Positions 36,460 to 49,889 of a stretch of 64,000 nt of DNA are shown here, piece by piece. The notes under the pieces were generated by a model. The model did no database searches and was not told the origin of the DNA. It saw only the letters and a list, made by a program, of their open reading frames with translations. Each line of letters begins with the position of its first letter. Position 1 is the first letter of the stretch. This stretch comes from Eledone cirrhosa (taxonomy: Eukaryota). The stretch spans positions 129,828,001 to 129,892,000 of the forward strand of contig OZ024744.1 of the NCBI GenBank assembly GCA_964016885.1. The letters run 5' to 3'. The position numbers and the translations under genes are program-made.

Positions 36460-39400
36460 GGGTTATGTTAAGTTGGGGTTAAGTTAAGTTGGGGTTAAGT
36501 TAAGTTGGGGTTAAGTTAGGTTGGGGTTAAGTTATGTTGGGGGTAAATTAAGTTGGGGGTAAGTTAAGTTGGGGGTAAGTTAAGTTGAGTCTAATTAAGT
36601 TGGGGTTAAGTTAAGTTGGGGTTAAGTTAAGTTGGGGTTAAGTTAAGTTGGGGTTAAGTTAAGTTGGGGTTAGGTTAAGTTGGGGCTAAGTTAAGTTGGG
36701 GTTAAGTTAAGTTGGGGTGACGTTAAGTTGGGGGTAAGTTAAGTTGGTGGTAAGTTAAGTTGGGGGTAAGTTAAGATGGGGTTAAGTTAAGTTGGGGTTA
36801 ATTTAATTTGGGGTTAAGTTAAGTTGGGGTTAAGTTAAGTTGGGGTTAAGTTAAGTTGGAGTTAAGTTAAGTTGGGGGTAAGTTAAGTTGGGGTTAAGTT
36901 AAGTTGGGGTTAAGATAAGTTGGGGTTAAGTTAAGTTGGGGTTGAGCTAAGTTGGGGTTGAGTTAATTTGGGGTTAAGTTAAGTTGGGGTTAAGTTAAGT
37001 TGGGTTTAAGTTAAGTTGGGGTTAAGTTAAGTTGGGGTTAAATTAAGTTGGGGTTAAGCTAAGTTGGAGTTAAGTTAAATTGAGGTTAAGTTAAGTTGGG
37101 GTTAATTTAAGTTGGGGTTAAGCTAAGTTGGGGTTAAGTTAAATTGAGGTTAAGTTAAGTTGGGGTGAAGTTAAGTTGGGGTTAATTTAAGTTGGGGCTA
37201 AGTAAAGTTGGGGCTAAGTTAAGTGGGGGTTAAGTTAAGTTAGGGTTGAGTTAAGTTGGGGTTAAGTTAACTTTGGGTTAAGTTAAGTTGGGTTTGAATT
37301 AAGTTGGGGTTAATTAAGTTGGGGTTAAGTTAAGTTGGGGTTAAGTTAAGTTGCGGTTAAGTTAAGTTGAGGTTAAGTTAAGTTGGGGTTAAGTGAAGTT
37401 GGGGTTAAGTTAAGTTGGGGCTAAGTTAAGTTGGGGCTAAGTTAAGTTGGGGCTTAGTTAAGTTGGGGTTAAGTTAAGTTGGGGTTAAGTTAAGGTGGGG
37501 TTTAGTTAAGTTGGGGTCAACTAAAGTTGGGGTTAAGTTAAGTTGGGGTTCACTTAAGTTGGGGTTAAGTTAAGTTGGGGTTAAGTTAGATTGTTGTTAA
37601 GTTAAGTTGGGGTTAAGTTAAGTTGGGGTTAATTTAAGTTGGGGTTAATTTAAGTTGGGTCTAATTAAGTTGGGGTTAAGTTAAGTTGGGGTTAAGTTAA
37701 GTTGGGGTTAAGTTAAGTTGGGGTTAAGTTAAGTTGGGGTGAAGTTAAGTTGGGTTTACGTTAAGTTGGGGGTAAGTTAAGTTGGTGGTAAGTTAAGTTG
37801 GGGGATAGTTAAGATGGGGTTAAGTTAAGTTGGGGTTAATTTAATTTGGGGTTAAGTTAAGTTAGGGTTAAGTTAAGTTGGGGTTGAGTTAAGTCGGGGT
37901 TCAGTTAAGTTGGGGTTATGTTATGTTGGGGTTAAGTTAAGTTGGGGTTAAGTTAAGTTGGGGTTCAATTAAGTTGCGGGTAATTTAAGTTGGGGTTAAG
38001 TTAAGTTGGGGGTACGTTAAGTTGGGGGTAAGTTAAGTTGGGGTTAAGTTAAGTTGGGGTTAAGTTAAGTCGGGGTTAATTTAAGTTGGGGTTAAGTTAA
38101 GTTGGGGTTAAGTTAAGTTGGGATTAAGTTAAGTTGGGGTTAAGTTAAGTTGGGGTTGAGTTAAGTTGGGGTTAAGTTAGATTGTTGTTATGTTATTTTG
38201 GGGTTAAGTTAAGTTGCGGTTAAGTTAAGTTGGGGTAAAGTTAAGTTGGGGTTAAGTTAAGTTGGGGTTAAGTTAAGTTGGGGTTAAGTTAAGTTGGGGT
38301 TAATTTAAGTTCGGGTTAAGTTAAGTTGGGGTTAATTTAAGTTGGGGTTAATTTAAGTTGGGGTCAAGTTAAGTTGGGGTTAAGTTAAGTTGGGGTAAAG
38401 TTAAGTTGGGGTTAAGTTAAGTTGGGGTTAAGTTAAGTTGGGGTTAAGTTGGGGTTAAGTTAAGTTAGGGTTAACTTAAGTTGGGGTTGTGTTAAGTGGT
38501 GGTTATGTTAAGTGGTGGTTATGTTAAGTTGGGGTTAAGTTAAGTTGGGGTTAAGTTAAATTGGGGTTAAGTTAAGTTGCGGTTAATTTAAGTTGGGGTT
38601 AAGTTAAGTTGGGGTTAAGTTAATTAGGGTTAAGTTAAGTTGGGGTTAAGTTAAGTTGGGGTTAAGTTAAGTTGGGGTTAAGTTAAGTTGGGATTAAGTT
38701 AAGTTGGGGTTAAGTTAAGTCGGGGTTAAGTTAAGTTAGGGTTAAGTTAAGTTGGGGTTAATTTAAGTTGGGGTTAAGTTAAGTTGAGGTTAAATTTAAG
38801 TAGGGGTTAAATTATGTTGGGGTTAAGTTAAGTTGGGGATAAGTTAAGTTGGGCATAAGTTAAGTTGGGGTTAATTAAGTTGGGTTTAAGTTAAGTTGGG
38901 GTTAAGTTAAGTTGGGGTTAAGTTAAGTTGGGGTTAAGTTAAGTTGGTTAGTTAAGTTGAGTTTAAGTTAAGTTGGGCTTAATTTAAGTTGGGGTTAAGT
39001 TAAGTTGGGGTTAAGTTAAGTTGGGGTTAAGTTAAGTTGGGGTTAAGTTAAGTTGGGGTTCAGTTAAGTTGGGGTTAATTTAAGTTGGGGTTAAGTTGGG
39101 GTAAAGTTAAGTTGGGGTTAAGTTAAGTTGGGGTTAAGTTAAGTTGGGGTTAAGTTAAGTTGGGGTTAAGTTAAGTTGCGGTTAAGTTAAGTTGAGGTTA
39201 AGTTAAGTTGGGGTTAAGTTAAGTTGGGGTTAAGTTAAGTTGGGGCTAAGTTAAGTTGGGGCTAAGTTAAGTTGGGGCTAAGTTAAGTTGGGGTTAAGTT
39301 AACTTTGGGTTAAGTTAAGTTGGGTTTGAGTTAAGTTGGGGTTAATTAAGTTGGGGTTAAGTTAAGTTGGGGTTAAGTTAAGTTGGGGTTAAGTTAAGTT

Positions 39401-42400
39401 GGGGTTAAGTTAAGTTGCGGTTAAGTTAAGTTGATGTTAAGTTAAGTTGGGGTTAAGTTAAGTTGGGGTTAAGTTAAGTTGGGGCTAAGTTAAGTTGGGG
39501 CTTAGTTAAGTTGGGGCTAAGTTAAGTTGGGGTTAAGTTAAGGTGGGGTTCAGTTAAGTTGGGGTCAACTTAAGTTGGGGTTAAGTTAAGTTGGGGTTAA
39601 GTTAAGTTGGGGTTAAGTTAAGTTGGGGTTAAGTTAAGTTGGGGTTACGTTAAGTTGGGGGTAAGTTAAGTTGGTGGTAAGTTAAGTTGGGGGTAAGTTA
39701 AGATGGGGTTAAGTTAAGTTGGGGTTAATTTAAGTTGGGGTTAAGTTAAGTTGGGGTTAAGTTAAGTTGGGGTTAAGTTAAGTTGGGGTTAAGTTAAGTT
39801 GGGGTTAAATTAAGTTGGGGTTAAATTAAGTTGGGGTTAAGTTAAGTTGGGGTTATGTTAAGTTGGTGTTAAGTTAAGTTGGGGTTAAGTTAAGTTGGGG
39901 TTAAGTTAAGTTGGGGTTAAGTTAGGTTGGTGTTAAGTTAAGTTGGGGTTAAGTTAAGTTGGGGTTAAGTTATGTTGGGTTTAAATTAAGTTGGGGCTAA
40001 GTTAAGTTAGGGCTAAGTTAAGTTGGGGTTAAGTAAAGTTAGGGCTAAGTTAATTTGGGGTTAAGTTAAGTTGGGGTTAATTTAAGTTGGGGTTACATTA
40101 AGTTGAGGTTAAGTTAAGTTGGGGTTAAGTTAAGTTAGGGTTAATTTAAGTTGGGGTTATGTTAAGTTGGGGTTAAGTTAAGTTGGGGTTAAGTTAAGTT
40201 GGGGCTGAGTTAAGTTGGGGTTACGTTAAGTTGGGGTTAAGGTAAGTTGGGGTTAAGTTAAGTTGGGGTTAATCTAAGTTGGGGTTTAGTTAAATTGAGG
40301 TTAAGTTAAGTTGGGGTTAATTTAAGTTGGGGTTAAGCTAAGTTGGGGTTAAGTTAAATTGAGGTTAAGTTAAGTTGGGGTTAAGTTAAGTTGGGGTTAA
40401 TTTAAGTTGGGGCTAAGTAAAGTTGGGGCTAAGTTAAGTGGGGGTTAAGTTAAGTTAGGGTTGAGTTAAGTTGGGGTTAAGTTAACTTTGGGTTAAGTTA
40501 AGTTGGGTTTGAGTTAAGTTGGGGTTAATTAAGTTGGGGTTAAGTTAAGTTAGGGTTAAGTTAAGTTGGGGTTAAGTTAAGTTGGGGTTAAGTTAAGTTG
40601 CGGTTAAGTTAAGTTGAGGTTAAGTTAAGTTGGGGTTAAGTTAAGTTGGGGTTAAGTTAAGTGGGGCTAAGTTAAGTTGGGGCTAAGTTAAGTTGGGGCT
40701 TAGTTAAGTTGGGGTTAAGTTAAGTTGGGGTTAAGTTAAGGTGGGGTTTAGTTAAGTTGGGGTCAACTAAAGTTGGGGTTAAGTTAAGTTGGGGTTCACT
40801 TAAGTTGGGGTTAATCTAAGTTGGGTTAAGTTAAGTTGGGGTTTATTTAAGTTGGGGTTCAGTTAATTTGGGGTTAAGTTAAGTTTGGGTTAAGTTGGGG
40901 TTAAATTAAGTTGGGGTTAAGTTAAGTTGGGGTTAAGTTACGTTGGGGTTAATTTAAGTTGGGGTTAAGTTAAGTTGCGGGTAATTTAAGTTGGGGTTAA
41001 GTTAAGTTGGGGTTAAGTTAAGTTGGGGGTAAGTTAAGTTGGGGGTAAGTTAAGTTGGGAGTAAGTTAAGTTGGGGTTAAGTTAAGTTGGGGTTAAGTTA
41101 AGTTGGGGTTAAGTTAAGTTAGGGTTAAGTTAAGTTGGGGTTGAGTTAAGTTGGGGTTAAGTTAAGTTGGGGTTATGTTAAGTTGGGGTTAAGTTTAATT
41201 GGGGTTAATTTAACTTTGTGGTTAAGTTAAGTTGGGGTTAAGTTAAGTTGGGGTTAAGTTAAGTTGGGGTTAATTTAAGTTGCGGATAAGTTAAGTTGAG
41301 GTTAAGTTAAGTTGGGGTTAAGTTAAGTTGGGGTTAAGTTAAGTTGGGGCTAAGTTAAGTTGGGGCTAAGTTAAGTTGGGGCTTAGTTAAGTTGGGGTTA
41401 AGTTAAGTTGGGGTTAAGTTAAGGTGGGGTTTAGTTAAGTTGGGGTCAACTAAAGTTGGGGTTAAGTTAAGTTTGGGTTTATTTAAGTTGGGGTTCAGTT
41501 AATTTGGGGTTAAGTTAAGTTTGGGTTAAGTTGGGGTTAAATTAAGTTGGGGTTAAGTTAAGTTGGGGTTAATTTAAGTTGGGGTTAAGTTAAGTTGGGG
41601 TTAAGTTAAGTTGGGGTTAAGTTGAGTTGGGGTAAAGTTAAGTTGGGGTTAAGTTAAGTTGGGGGTAAGTTAAGTTGGTGTTAATTTAAGTTGGGGTTAA
41701 GTTAAGTTGGGGTTAAGTTAAGTTGGGGTTAAGTTGAGTTGGGGTAAAGTTAAGTTGGGGTTAAGTTAAGTTGGGGTTAATTTAAGTTGGGGTTAAGTTA
41801 AGTTGGGGTTAAGTTAAGTTGGGGTTAAGTTAAGTTGGGGTTAAGTTAAGTTGGGGGTAAGTTAAGTTGGGGTTAAGTTAAGTTGGGGTTAAGTTGGGGT
41901 TAAGTTAAGTTAGGGTTAACTTAAGTTGGGGTTAAGTTAAGTGGTGGTTATGTTAAGTGGTGGTTATGTTAACTTGGGGTTAAGTTAAGTTGGGGTTGAG
42001 TTAAATTGGGGTTAAGTTAAGTTGCGGTTAAGTTAAGTTGGGGTTAAGTTAAGTTGGGGTTAAGTTAATTAGGGTTAAGTTAAGTTGGGGTTAAGTTAAG
42101 TTGGGGTTAAGTTAAGTTGGGGTTAATTTAAGTTGGGGTTAAGTTAAGTCGGGGTTAAGTTGAGTTGGGGTTAGGTTAAGTTGGGGTTAAGTTAAGTTGG
42201 GGTTAAGTTAAGTTGGGGTTAAGATAAGTTGGGGTTAAGTTAAGTTGGGGTTGAGTTAAGTTGGGGTTGAGTTAATTTGGGGTTAACTTAAGTTGGGGTT
42301 AACTTAAGTCGGGATTAAGTTAAGTGGGGGTTAAGTTAAGTTGGGGTTAAATTAAGTTCGGGTTAAGTTAAGTTGGGGTTAAGTTAAGTTGGGGTTAAGT

Positions 42401-44030
42401 TAGGTTGGGGTTAAGTTAAGTTGGGGGTAAGTTAAGTTGGGGGTAAGTTAAGTCGGGGGTAATTTCAGTTGGGGTTAAGTTAAGTTGGGGTTGAGTTAAG
42501 TTGGGGCTAAGTTAAGTTGGGGTTATGTTAAGTTGGGGTTAATTTAAGTTGGGGTTAAGTTAAGTTGGGGTTCAATTAAGTTGCGGTTAATTTAAGTTGG
42601 GGTTAAGTTAAGTTGGGGTTAAGTTAAGTTGGGGTTAAGTTAAGTTGGGATTAATTTAAGTTGGGGTTAAGTTAAGTTGGGGTTAAGTTAAGTTGGGGTT
42701 AAATTAAGTTGGGGTTAAGTTAAGTTGGGGTTAAGTTAAGTTGGGGTTAAGTTAAGTTGGGGTTAAGTTAATTTGTGGTTAAGTTAAGTTGGGGTTAAGT
42801 TAAGTTGGGGTTAAGTTCAGTCGGGGTTAAGTTAAGTCGGGGTTAAGTTAAGTTGGGGTTGAGTTAAGTTGGGGTTAAGTTAAGTTGGGGTTAAGATAAG
42901 TTGGGGTTAAGTTAAGTTGGGGTTGAGTTAAGTTGGGGTTGAGTTAATTTGGGGTTAAGTTAAGTTGGAGTTAACTTAAGTTGGGTTTAAGTTAAGTTGG
43001 GGTTAAGTTAAGTTGGGGTTAAATTAAGTTGGGGTTAAGTTAAGTTGGGGGTAAGATAAGTTGGTGTTAGTTAAGTTGCGGTTAAGTTAAGTTGAGGTTA
43101 AGTTAAGTAGGGGTTAAATTATGTTGGGGTTAAGTTAAGTTCGGGTTAAGTTAAGTTGGGGTTAAGTTGAGTTGGGGATAAGTTAAGTTGGGGATAAATT
43201 AAGTTGGGGTTAAGTTAAGTTGGGTTTAAGTTAAGTTTGGGTTAAGTTAAGTTGGGGTTAAGTTAAGTTGGGGTTAAGTTAAGTTGGTTAGTTAAGTTGA
43301 GTTTAAGTTAAGTTGGGGTTAATTTAAGTTGGGGTTAAGTTAAGTTGGGGTTAAGTTAAGTTGGGGTTAAGTTAAGTTGGGGTTAAGTTAAGTTGCGGTT
43401 AAGTTAAGTTGAGGTTAAGTTAAGTTGGGGTTAAGTTAAGTTGGGGCTAAGTTAAGTTGGGGCTAAGTTAAGTTGGGGCTAAGTTAAGTTGGGGTTAAGT
43501 TAACTTTGGGTTAAGTTAATTTGGGTTTGAGTTAAGATGGGGTTAATTAAGTTGGGGTTAAGTTAAGTTGGGGTTAAGTTAAGTTGGGGTTAAGTTAAGT
43601 TGCGGTTAATTTAAGTTGATGTTAAGTTAAGTTGATGTTAAGTTAAGTTGGGGTTAAGTTAAGTCGGGGTTAAGTTAAGGTGGGGTTAAGTTAAGTTGGG
43701 GTCAACTAAAGTTGGGGTTAAGTTAAGTTGGGGTTAACTTAAGTTGGGGTTAAGTTAAGTTGGGGTTAAGTTGGGGTTAAATTAAGTTGGGGTTAAGTTA
43801 AGTTGGGGTTAAGTTAAATGGGGTTAAGTTAAGTTGCGGGTAATTTAAGTTGGGGTTAAGTTAAGTTGGGGTTAAGTTAAGTTGGGGGTAAGTTAAGTTG
43901 GGGGTAAGTTAAGTTGGGGGTAAGTTAAGTTGGGGTTAAGTTAAGTTGGGGTTAAGTTAAGTTGGGGTTAAGTTAAGTTAGGGTTAAGTTAAGTTGGGGT
44001 TGAATTAAGTTGGGGTTAAGTTAAGTTGGG
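36460..44030 (+). repeat. ~7.6-kb higher-order repeat, copy C
   Basis: GAGTCTAATT 36587/44156 (7569) and TTAGATTGTTGTTATG 38177/45745 (7568). It matches copy A at +36171. Confidence 0.9.
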
Positions 44031-47000
44031 GTTATGTTAAGTTGGGGTTAAGTTAAGTTGGGGTTAAGTTAAGTTGGGGTTAAGTTAGGTTGGGGTTAAG
44101 TTATGTTGGGGGTAAATTAAGTTGGGGGTAAGTTAAGTTGGGGGTAAGTTAAGTTGAGTCTAATTAAGTTGGGGTTAAGTTAAGTTGGGGTTAAGTTAAG
44201 TTGGGGTTAAGTTAAGTTGGGGTTAAGTTAAGTTGGGGTTAGGTTAAGTTGGGGCTAAGTTAAGTTGGGGTTAAGTTAAGTTGGGGTTACGTTAAGTTGG
44301 GGGTAAGTTAAGTTGGTGGTAAGTTAAGTTGGGGGTAAGTTAAGATGGGGTTAAGTTAAGTTGGGGTTAATTTAATTTGGGGTTAAGTTAAGTTGGGGTT
44401 AAGTTAAGTTGGGGTTAAGTTAAGTTGGAGTTAAGTTAAGTTGGGGGTAAGTTAAGTTGGGGTTAAGTTAAGTTGGGGTTAAGATAAGTTGGGGTTAAGT
44501 TAAGTTGGGGTTGAGCTAAGTTGGGGTTGAGTTAATTTGGGGTTAAGTTAAGTTGGGGTTAAGTTAAGTTGGGTTTAAGTTAAGTTGGGGTTAAGTTAAG
44601 TTGGGGTTAAATTAAGTTGGGGTTAAGCTAAGTTGGAGTTAAGTTAAATTGAGGTTAAGTTAAGTTGGGGTTAATTTAAGTTGGGGTTAAGCTAAGTTGG
44701 GGTTAAGTTAAATTGAGGTTAAGTTAATTGGGGTGAAGTTAAGTTGGGGTTAATTTAAGTTGGGGCTAAGTAAAGTTGGGGCTAAGTTAAGTGGGGGTTA
44801 AGTTAAGTTAGGGTTGAGTTAAGTTGGGGTTAAGTTAACTTTGGGTTAAGTTAAGTTGGGTTTGAATTAAGTTGGGGTTAATTAAGTTGGGGTTAAGTTA
44901 AGTTGGGGTTAAGTTAAGTTGCGGTTAAGTTAAGTTGAGGTTAAGTTAAGTTGGGGTTAAGTGAAGTTGGGGTTAAGTTAAGTTGGGGCTAAGTTAAGTT
45001 GGGGCTAAGTTAAGTTGGGGCTTAGTTAAGTTGGGGTTAAGTTAAGTTGGGGTTAAGTTAAGGTGGGGTTTAGTTAAGTTGGGGTCAACTAAAGTTGGGG
45101 TTAAGTTAAGTTGGGGTTCACTTAAGTTGGGGTTAAGTTAAGTTGGGGTTAAGTTAGATTGTTGTTAAGTTAAGTTGGGGTTAAGTTAAGTTGGGGTTAA
45201 TTTAAGTTGGGGTTAATTTAAGTTGGGTCTAATTAAGTTGGGGTTAAGTTAAGTTGGGGTTAAGTTAAGTTGGGGTTAAGTTAAGTTGGGGTTAAGTTAA
45301 GTTGGGGTGAAGTTAAGTTGGGTTTACGTTAAGTTGGGGGTAAGTTAAGTTGGTGGTAAGTTAAGTTGGGGGATAGTTAAGATGGGGTTAAGTTAAGTTG
45401 GGGTTAATTTAATTTGGGGTTAAGTTAAGTTAGGGTTAAGTTAAGTTGGGGTTGAGTTAAGTCGGGGTTCAGTTAAGTTGGGGTTATGTTATGTTGGGGT
45501 TAAGTTAAGTTGGGGTTAAGTTAAGTTGGGGTTCAATTAAGTTGCGGGTAATTTAAGTTGGGGTTAAGTTAAGTTGGGGGTACGTTAAGTTGGGGGTAAG
45601 TTAAGTTGGGGTTAAGTTAAGTTGGGGTTAAGTTAAGTCGGGGTTAATTTAAGTTGGGGTTAAGTTAAGTTGGGGTTAAGTTAAGTTGGGATTAAGTTAA
45701 GTTGGGGTTAAGTTAAGTTGGGGTTGAGTTAAGTTGGGGTTAAGTTAGATTGTTGTTATGTTATTTTGGGGTTAAGTTAAGTTGCGGTTAAGTTAAGTTG
45801 GGGTAAAGTTAAGTTGGGGTTAAGTTAAGTTGGGGTTAAGTTAAGTTGGGGTTAAGTTAAGTTGGGGTTAATTTAAGTTCGGGTTAAGTTAAGTTGGGGT
45901 TAATTTAAGTTGGGGTTAATTTAAGTTGGGGTCAAGTTAAGTTGGGGTTAAGTTAAGTTGGGGTAAAGTTAAGTTGGGGTTAAGTTAAGTTGGGGTTAAG
46001 TTAAGTTGGGGTTAAGTTGGGGTTAAGTTAAGTTAGGGTTAACTTAAGTTGGGGTTGTGTTAAGTGGTGGTTATGTTAAGTGGTGGTTATGTTAAGTTGG
46101 GGTTAAGTTAAGTTGGGGTTAAGTTAAATTGGGGTTAAGTTAAGTTGCGGTTAATTTAAGTTGGGGTTAAGTTAAGTTGGGGTTAAGTTAATTAGGGTTA
46201 AGTTAAGTTGGGGTTAAGTTAAGTTGGGGTTAAGTTAAGTTGGGGTTAAGTTAAGTTGGGATTAAGTTAAGTTGGGGTTAAGTTAAGTCGGGGTTAAGTT
46301 AAGTTAGGGTTAAGTTAAGTTGGGGTTAATTTAAGTTGGGGTTAAGTTAAGTTGAGGTTAAATTTAAGTAGGGGTTAAATTATGTTGGGGTTAAGTTAAG
46401 TTGGGGATAAGTTAAGTTGGGCATAAGTTAAGTTGGGGTTAATTAAGTTGGGTTTAAGTTAAGTTGGGGTTAAGTTAAGTTGGGGTTAAGTTAAGTTGGG
46501 GTTAAGTTAAGTTGGTTAGTTAAGTTGAGTTTAAGTTAAGTTGGGCTTAATTTAAGTTGGGGTTAAGTTAAGTTGGGGTTAAGTTAAGTTGGGGTTAAGT
46601 TAAGTTGGGGTTAAGTTAAGTTGGGGTTCAGTTAAGTTGGGGTTAATTTAAGTTGGGGTTAAGTTGGGGTAAAGTTAAGTTGGGGTTAAGTTAAGTTGGG
46701 GTTAAGTTAAGTTGGGGTTAAGTTAAGTTGGGGTTAAGTTAAGTTGCGGTTAAGTTAAGTTGAGGTTAAGTTAAGTTGGGGTTAAGTTAAGTTGGGGTTA
46801 AGTTAAGTTGGGGCTAAGTTAAGTTGGGGCTAAGTTAAGTTGGGGCTAAGTTAAGTTGGGGTTAAGTTAACTTTGGGTTAAGTTAAGTTGGGTTTGAGTT
46901 AAGTTGGGGTTAATTAAGTTGGGGTTAAGTTAAGTTGGGGTTAAGTTAAGTTGGGGTTAAGTTAAGTTGGGGTTAAGTTAAGTTGCGGTTAAGTTAAGTT

Positions 47001-49760
47001 GATGTTAAGTTAAGTTGGGGTTAAGTTAAGTTGGGGTTAAGTTAAGTTGGGGCTAAGTTAAGTTGGGGCTTAGTTAAGTTGGGGCTAAGTTAAGTTGGGG
47101 TTAAGTTAAGGTGGGGTTCAGTTAAGTTGGGGTCAACTTAAGTTGGGGTTAAGTTAAGTTGGGGTTAAGTTAAGTTGGGGTTAAGTTAAGTTGGGGTTAA
47201 GTTAAGTTGGGGTTACGTTAAGTTGGGGGTAAGTTAAGTTGGTGGTAAGTTAAGTTGGGGGTAAGTTAAGATGGGGTTAAGTTAAGTTGGGGTTAATTTA
47301 AGTTGGGGTTAAGTTAAGTTGGGGTTAAGTTAAGTTGGGGTTAAGTTAAGTTGGGGTTAAGTTAAGTTGGGGTTAAATTAAGTTGGGGTTAAATTAAGTT
47401 GGGGTTAAGTTAAGTTGGGGTTATGTTAAGTTGGTGTTAAGTTAAGTTGGGGTTAAGTTAAGTTGGGGTTAAGTTAAGTTGGGGTTAAGTTAGGTTGGTG
47501 TTAAGTTAAGTTGGGGTTAAGTTAAGTTGGGGTTAAGTTATGTTGGGTTTAAATTAAGTTGGGGCTAAGTTAAGTTAGGGCTAAGTTAAGTTGGGGTTAA
47601 GTAAAGTTAGGGCTAAGTTAATTTGGGGTTAAGTTAAGTTGGGGTTAATTTAAGTTGGGGTTACATTAAGTTGAGGTTAAGTTAAGTTGGGGTTAAGTTA
47701 AGTTAGGGTTAATTTAAGTTGGGGTTATGTTAAGTTGGGGTTAAGTTAAGTTGGGGTTAAGTTAAGTTGGGGCTGAGTTAAGTTGGGGTTACGTTAAGTT
47801 GGGGTTAAGGTAAGTTGGGGTTAAGTTAAGTTGGGGTTAAGTTAAGTTGGGTTTAAGTTAAGTTGGGGTTAAGTTAAGTTGGGGTTAAATTAAGTTGGGG
47901 TTAATCTAAGTTGGGGTTTAGTTAAATTGAGGTTAAGTTAAGTTGGGGTTAATTTAAGTTGGGGTTAAGCTAAGTTGGGGTTAAGTTAAATTGAGGTTAA
48001 GTTAAGTTGGGGTTAAGTTAAGTTGGGGTTAATTTAAGTTGGGGCTAAGTAAAGTTGGGGCTAAGTTAAGTGGGGGTTAAGTTAAGTTAGGGTTGAGTTA
48101 AGTTGGGGTTAAGTTAACTTTGGGTTAAGTTAAGTTGGGTTTGAGTTAAGTTGGGGTTAATTAAGTTGGGGTTAAATTAAGTTAGGGTTAAGTTAAGTTG
48201 GGGTTAAGTTAAGTTGGGGTTAAGTTAAGTTGCGGTTAAGTTAAGTTGAGGTTAAGTTAAGTTGGGGTTAAGTTAAGTTGGGGTTAAGTTAAGTGGGGCT
48301 AAGTTAAGTTGGGGCTAAGTTAAGTTGGGGCTTAGTTAAGTTGGGGTTAAGTTAAGTTGGGGTTAAGTTAAGGTGGGGTTTAGTTAAGTTGGGGTCAACT
48401 AAAGTTGGGGTTAAGTTAAGTTGGGGTTCACTTAAGTTGGGGTTAATCTAAGTTGGGTTAAGTTAAGTTGGGGTTTATTTAAGTTGGGGTTCAGTTAATT
48501 TGGGGTTAAGTTAAGTTTGGGTTAAGTTGGGGTTAAATTAAGTTGGGGTTAAGTTAAGTTGGGGTTAAGTTACGTTGGGGTTAATTTAAGTTGGGGTTAA
48601 GTTAAGTTGCGGGTAATTTAAGTTGGGGTTAAGTTAAGTTGGGGTTAAGTTAAGTTGGGGTTAAGTTAAGTTGGGGGTAAGTTAAGTTGGGGGTAAGTTA
48701 AGTTGGGAGTAAGTTAAGTTGGGGTTAAGTTAAGTTGGGGTTAAGTTAAGTTGGGGTTAAGTTAAGTTAGGGTTAAGTTAAGTTGGGGTTGAGTTAAGTT
48801 GGGGTTAAGTTAAGTTGGGGTTATGTTAAGTTGGGGTTAAGTTTAATTGGGGTTAATTTAACTTTGTGGTTAAGTTAAGTTGGGGTTAAGTTAAGTTGGG
48901 GTTAAGTTAAGTTGGGGTTAATTTAAGTTGCGGATAAGTTAAGTTGAGGTTAAGTTAAGTTGGGGTTAAGTTAAGTTGGGGTTAAGTTAAGTTGGGGCTA
49001 AGTTAAGTTGGGGCTAAGTTAAGTTGGGGCTTAGTTAAGTTGGGGTTAAGTTAAGTTGGGGTTAAGTTAAGGTGGGGTTTAGTTAAGTTGGGGTCAACTA
49101 AAGTTGGGGTTAAGTTAAGTTTGGGTTTATTTAAGTTGGGGTTCAGTTAATTTGGGGTTAAGTTAAGTTTGGGTTAAGTTGGGGTTAAATTAAGTTGGGG
49201 TTAAGTTAAGTTGGGGTTAATTTAAGTTGGGGTTAAGTTAAGTTGGGGTTAAGTTAAGTTGGGGTTAAGTTGAGTTGGGGTAAAGTTAAGTTGGGGTTAA
49301 GTTAAGTTGGGGGTAAGTTAAGTTGGTGTTAATTTAAGTTGGGGTTAAGTTAAGTTGGGGTTAAGTTAAGTTGGGGTTAAGTTGAGTTGGGGTAAAGTTA
49401 AGTTGGGGTTAAGTTAAGTTGGGGTTAATTTAAGTTGGGGTTAAGTTAAGTTGGGGTTAAGTTAAGTTGGGGTTAAGTTAAGTTGGGGTTAAGTTAAGTT
49501 GGGGGTAAGTTAAGTTGGGGTTAAGTTAAGTTGGGGTTAAGTTGGGGTTAAGTTAAGTTAGGGTTAACTTAAGTTGGGGTTAAGTTAAGTGGTGGTTATG
49601 TTAAGTGGTGGTTATGTTAACTTGGGGTTAAGTTAAGTTGGGGTTGAGTTAAATTGGGGTTAAGTTAAGTTGCGGTTAAGTTAAGTTGGGGTTAAGTTAA
49701 GTTGGGGTTAAGTTAATTAGGGTTAAGTTAAGTTGGGGTTAAGTTAAGTTGGGGTTAAGT
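44030..49760 (+). repeat. ~7.6-kb higher-order repeat, copy D (partial)
   Basis: Same variant order as copies A and C. It retains the segments deleted in copy B and leaves the HOR near 49760 through the same GCGG/GGCG/GGGAG monomers seen after copy B. Confidence 0.85.
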
Positions 49761-49889
49761 TAAGTTGCGGTTAAGTTAAGTTGGCGTTAAGTTAAGTTGG
49801 GGTTAAGTTAAGTTGGGAGTAAGTTAAGTTGGGGTTAAGTTAAGTTGGGGTTAAGTTAAGTTGGGGTTAAGTTAGATTGTTGTTAAGTT

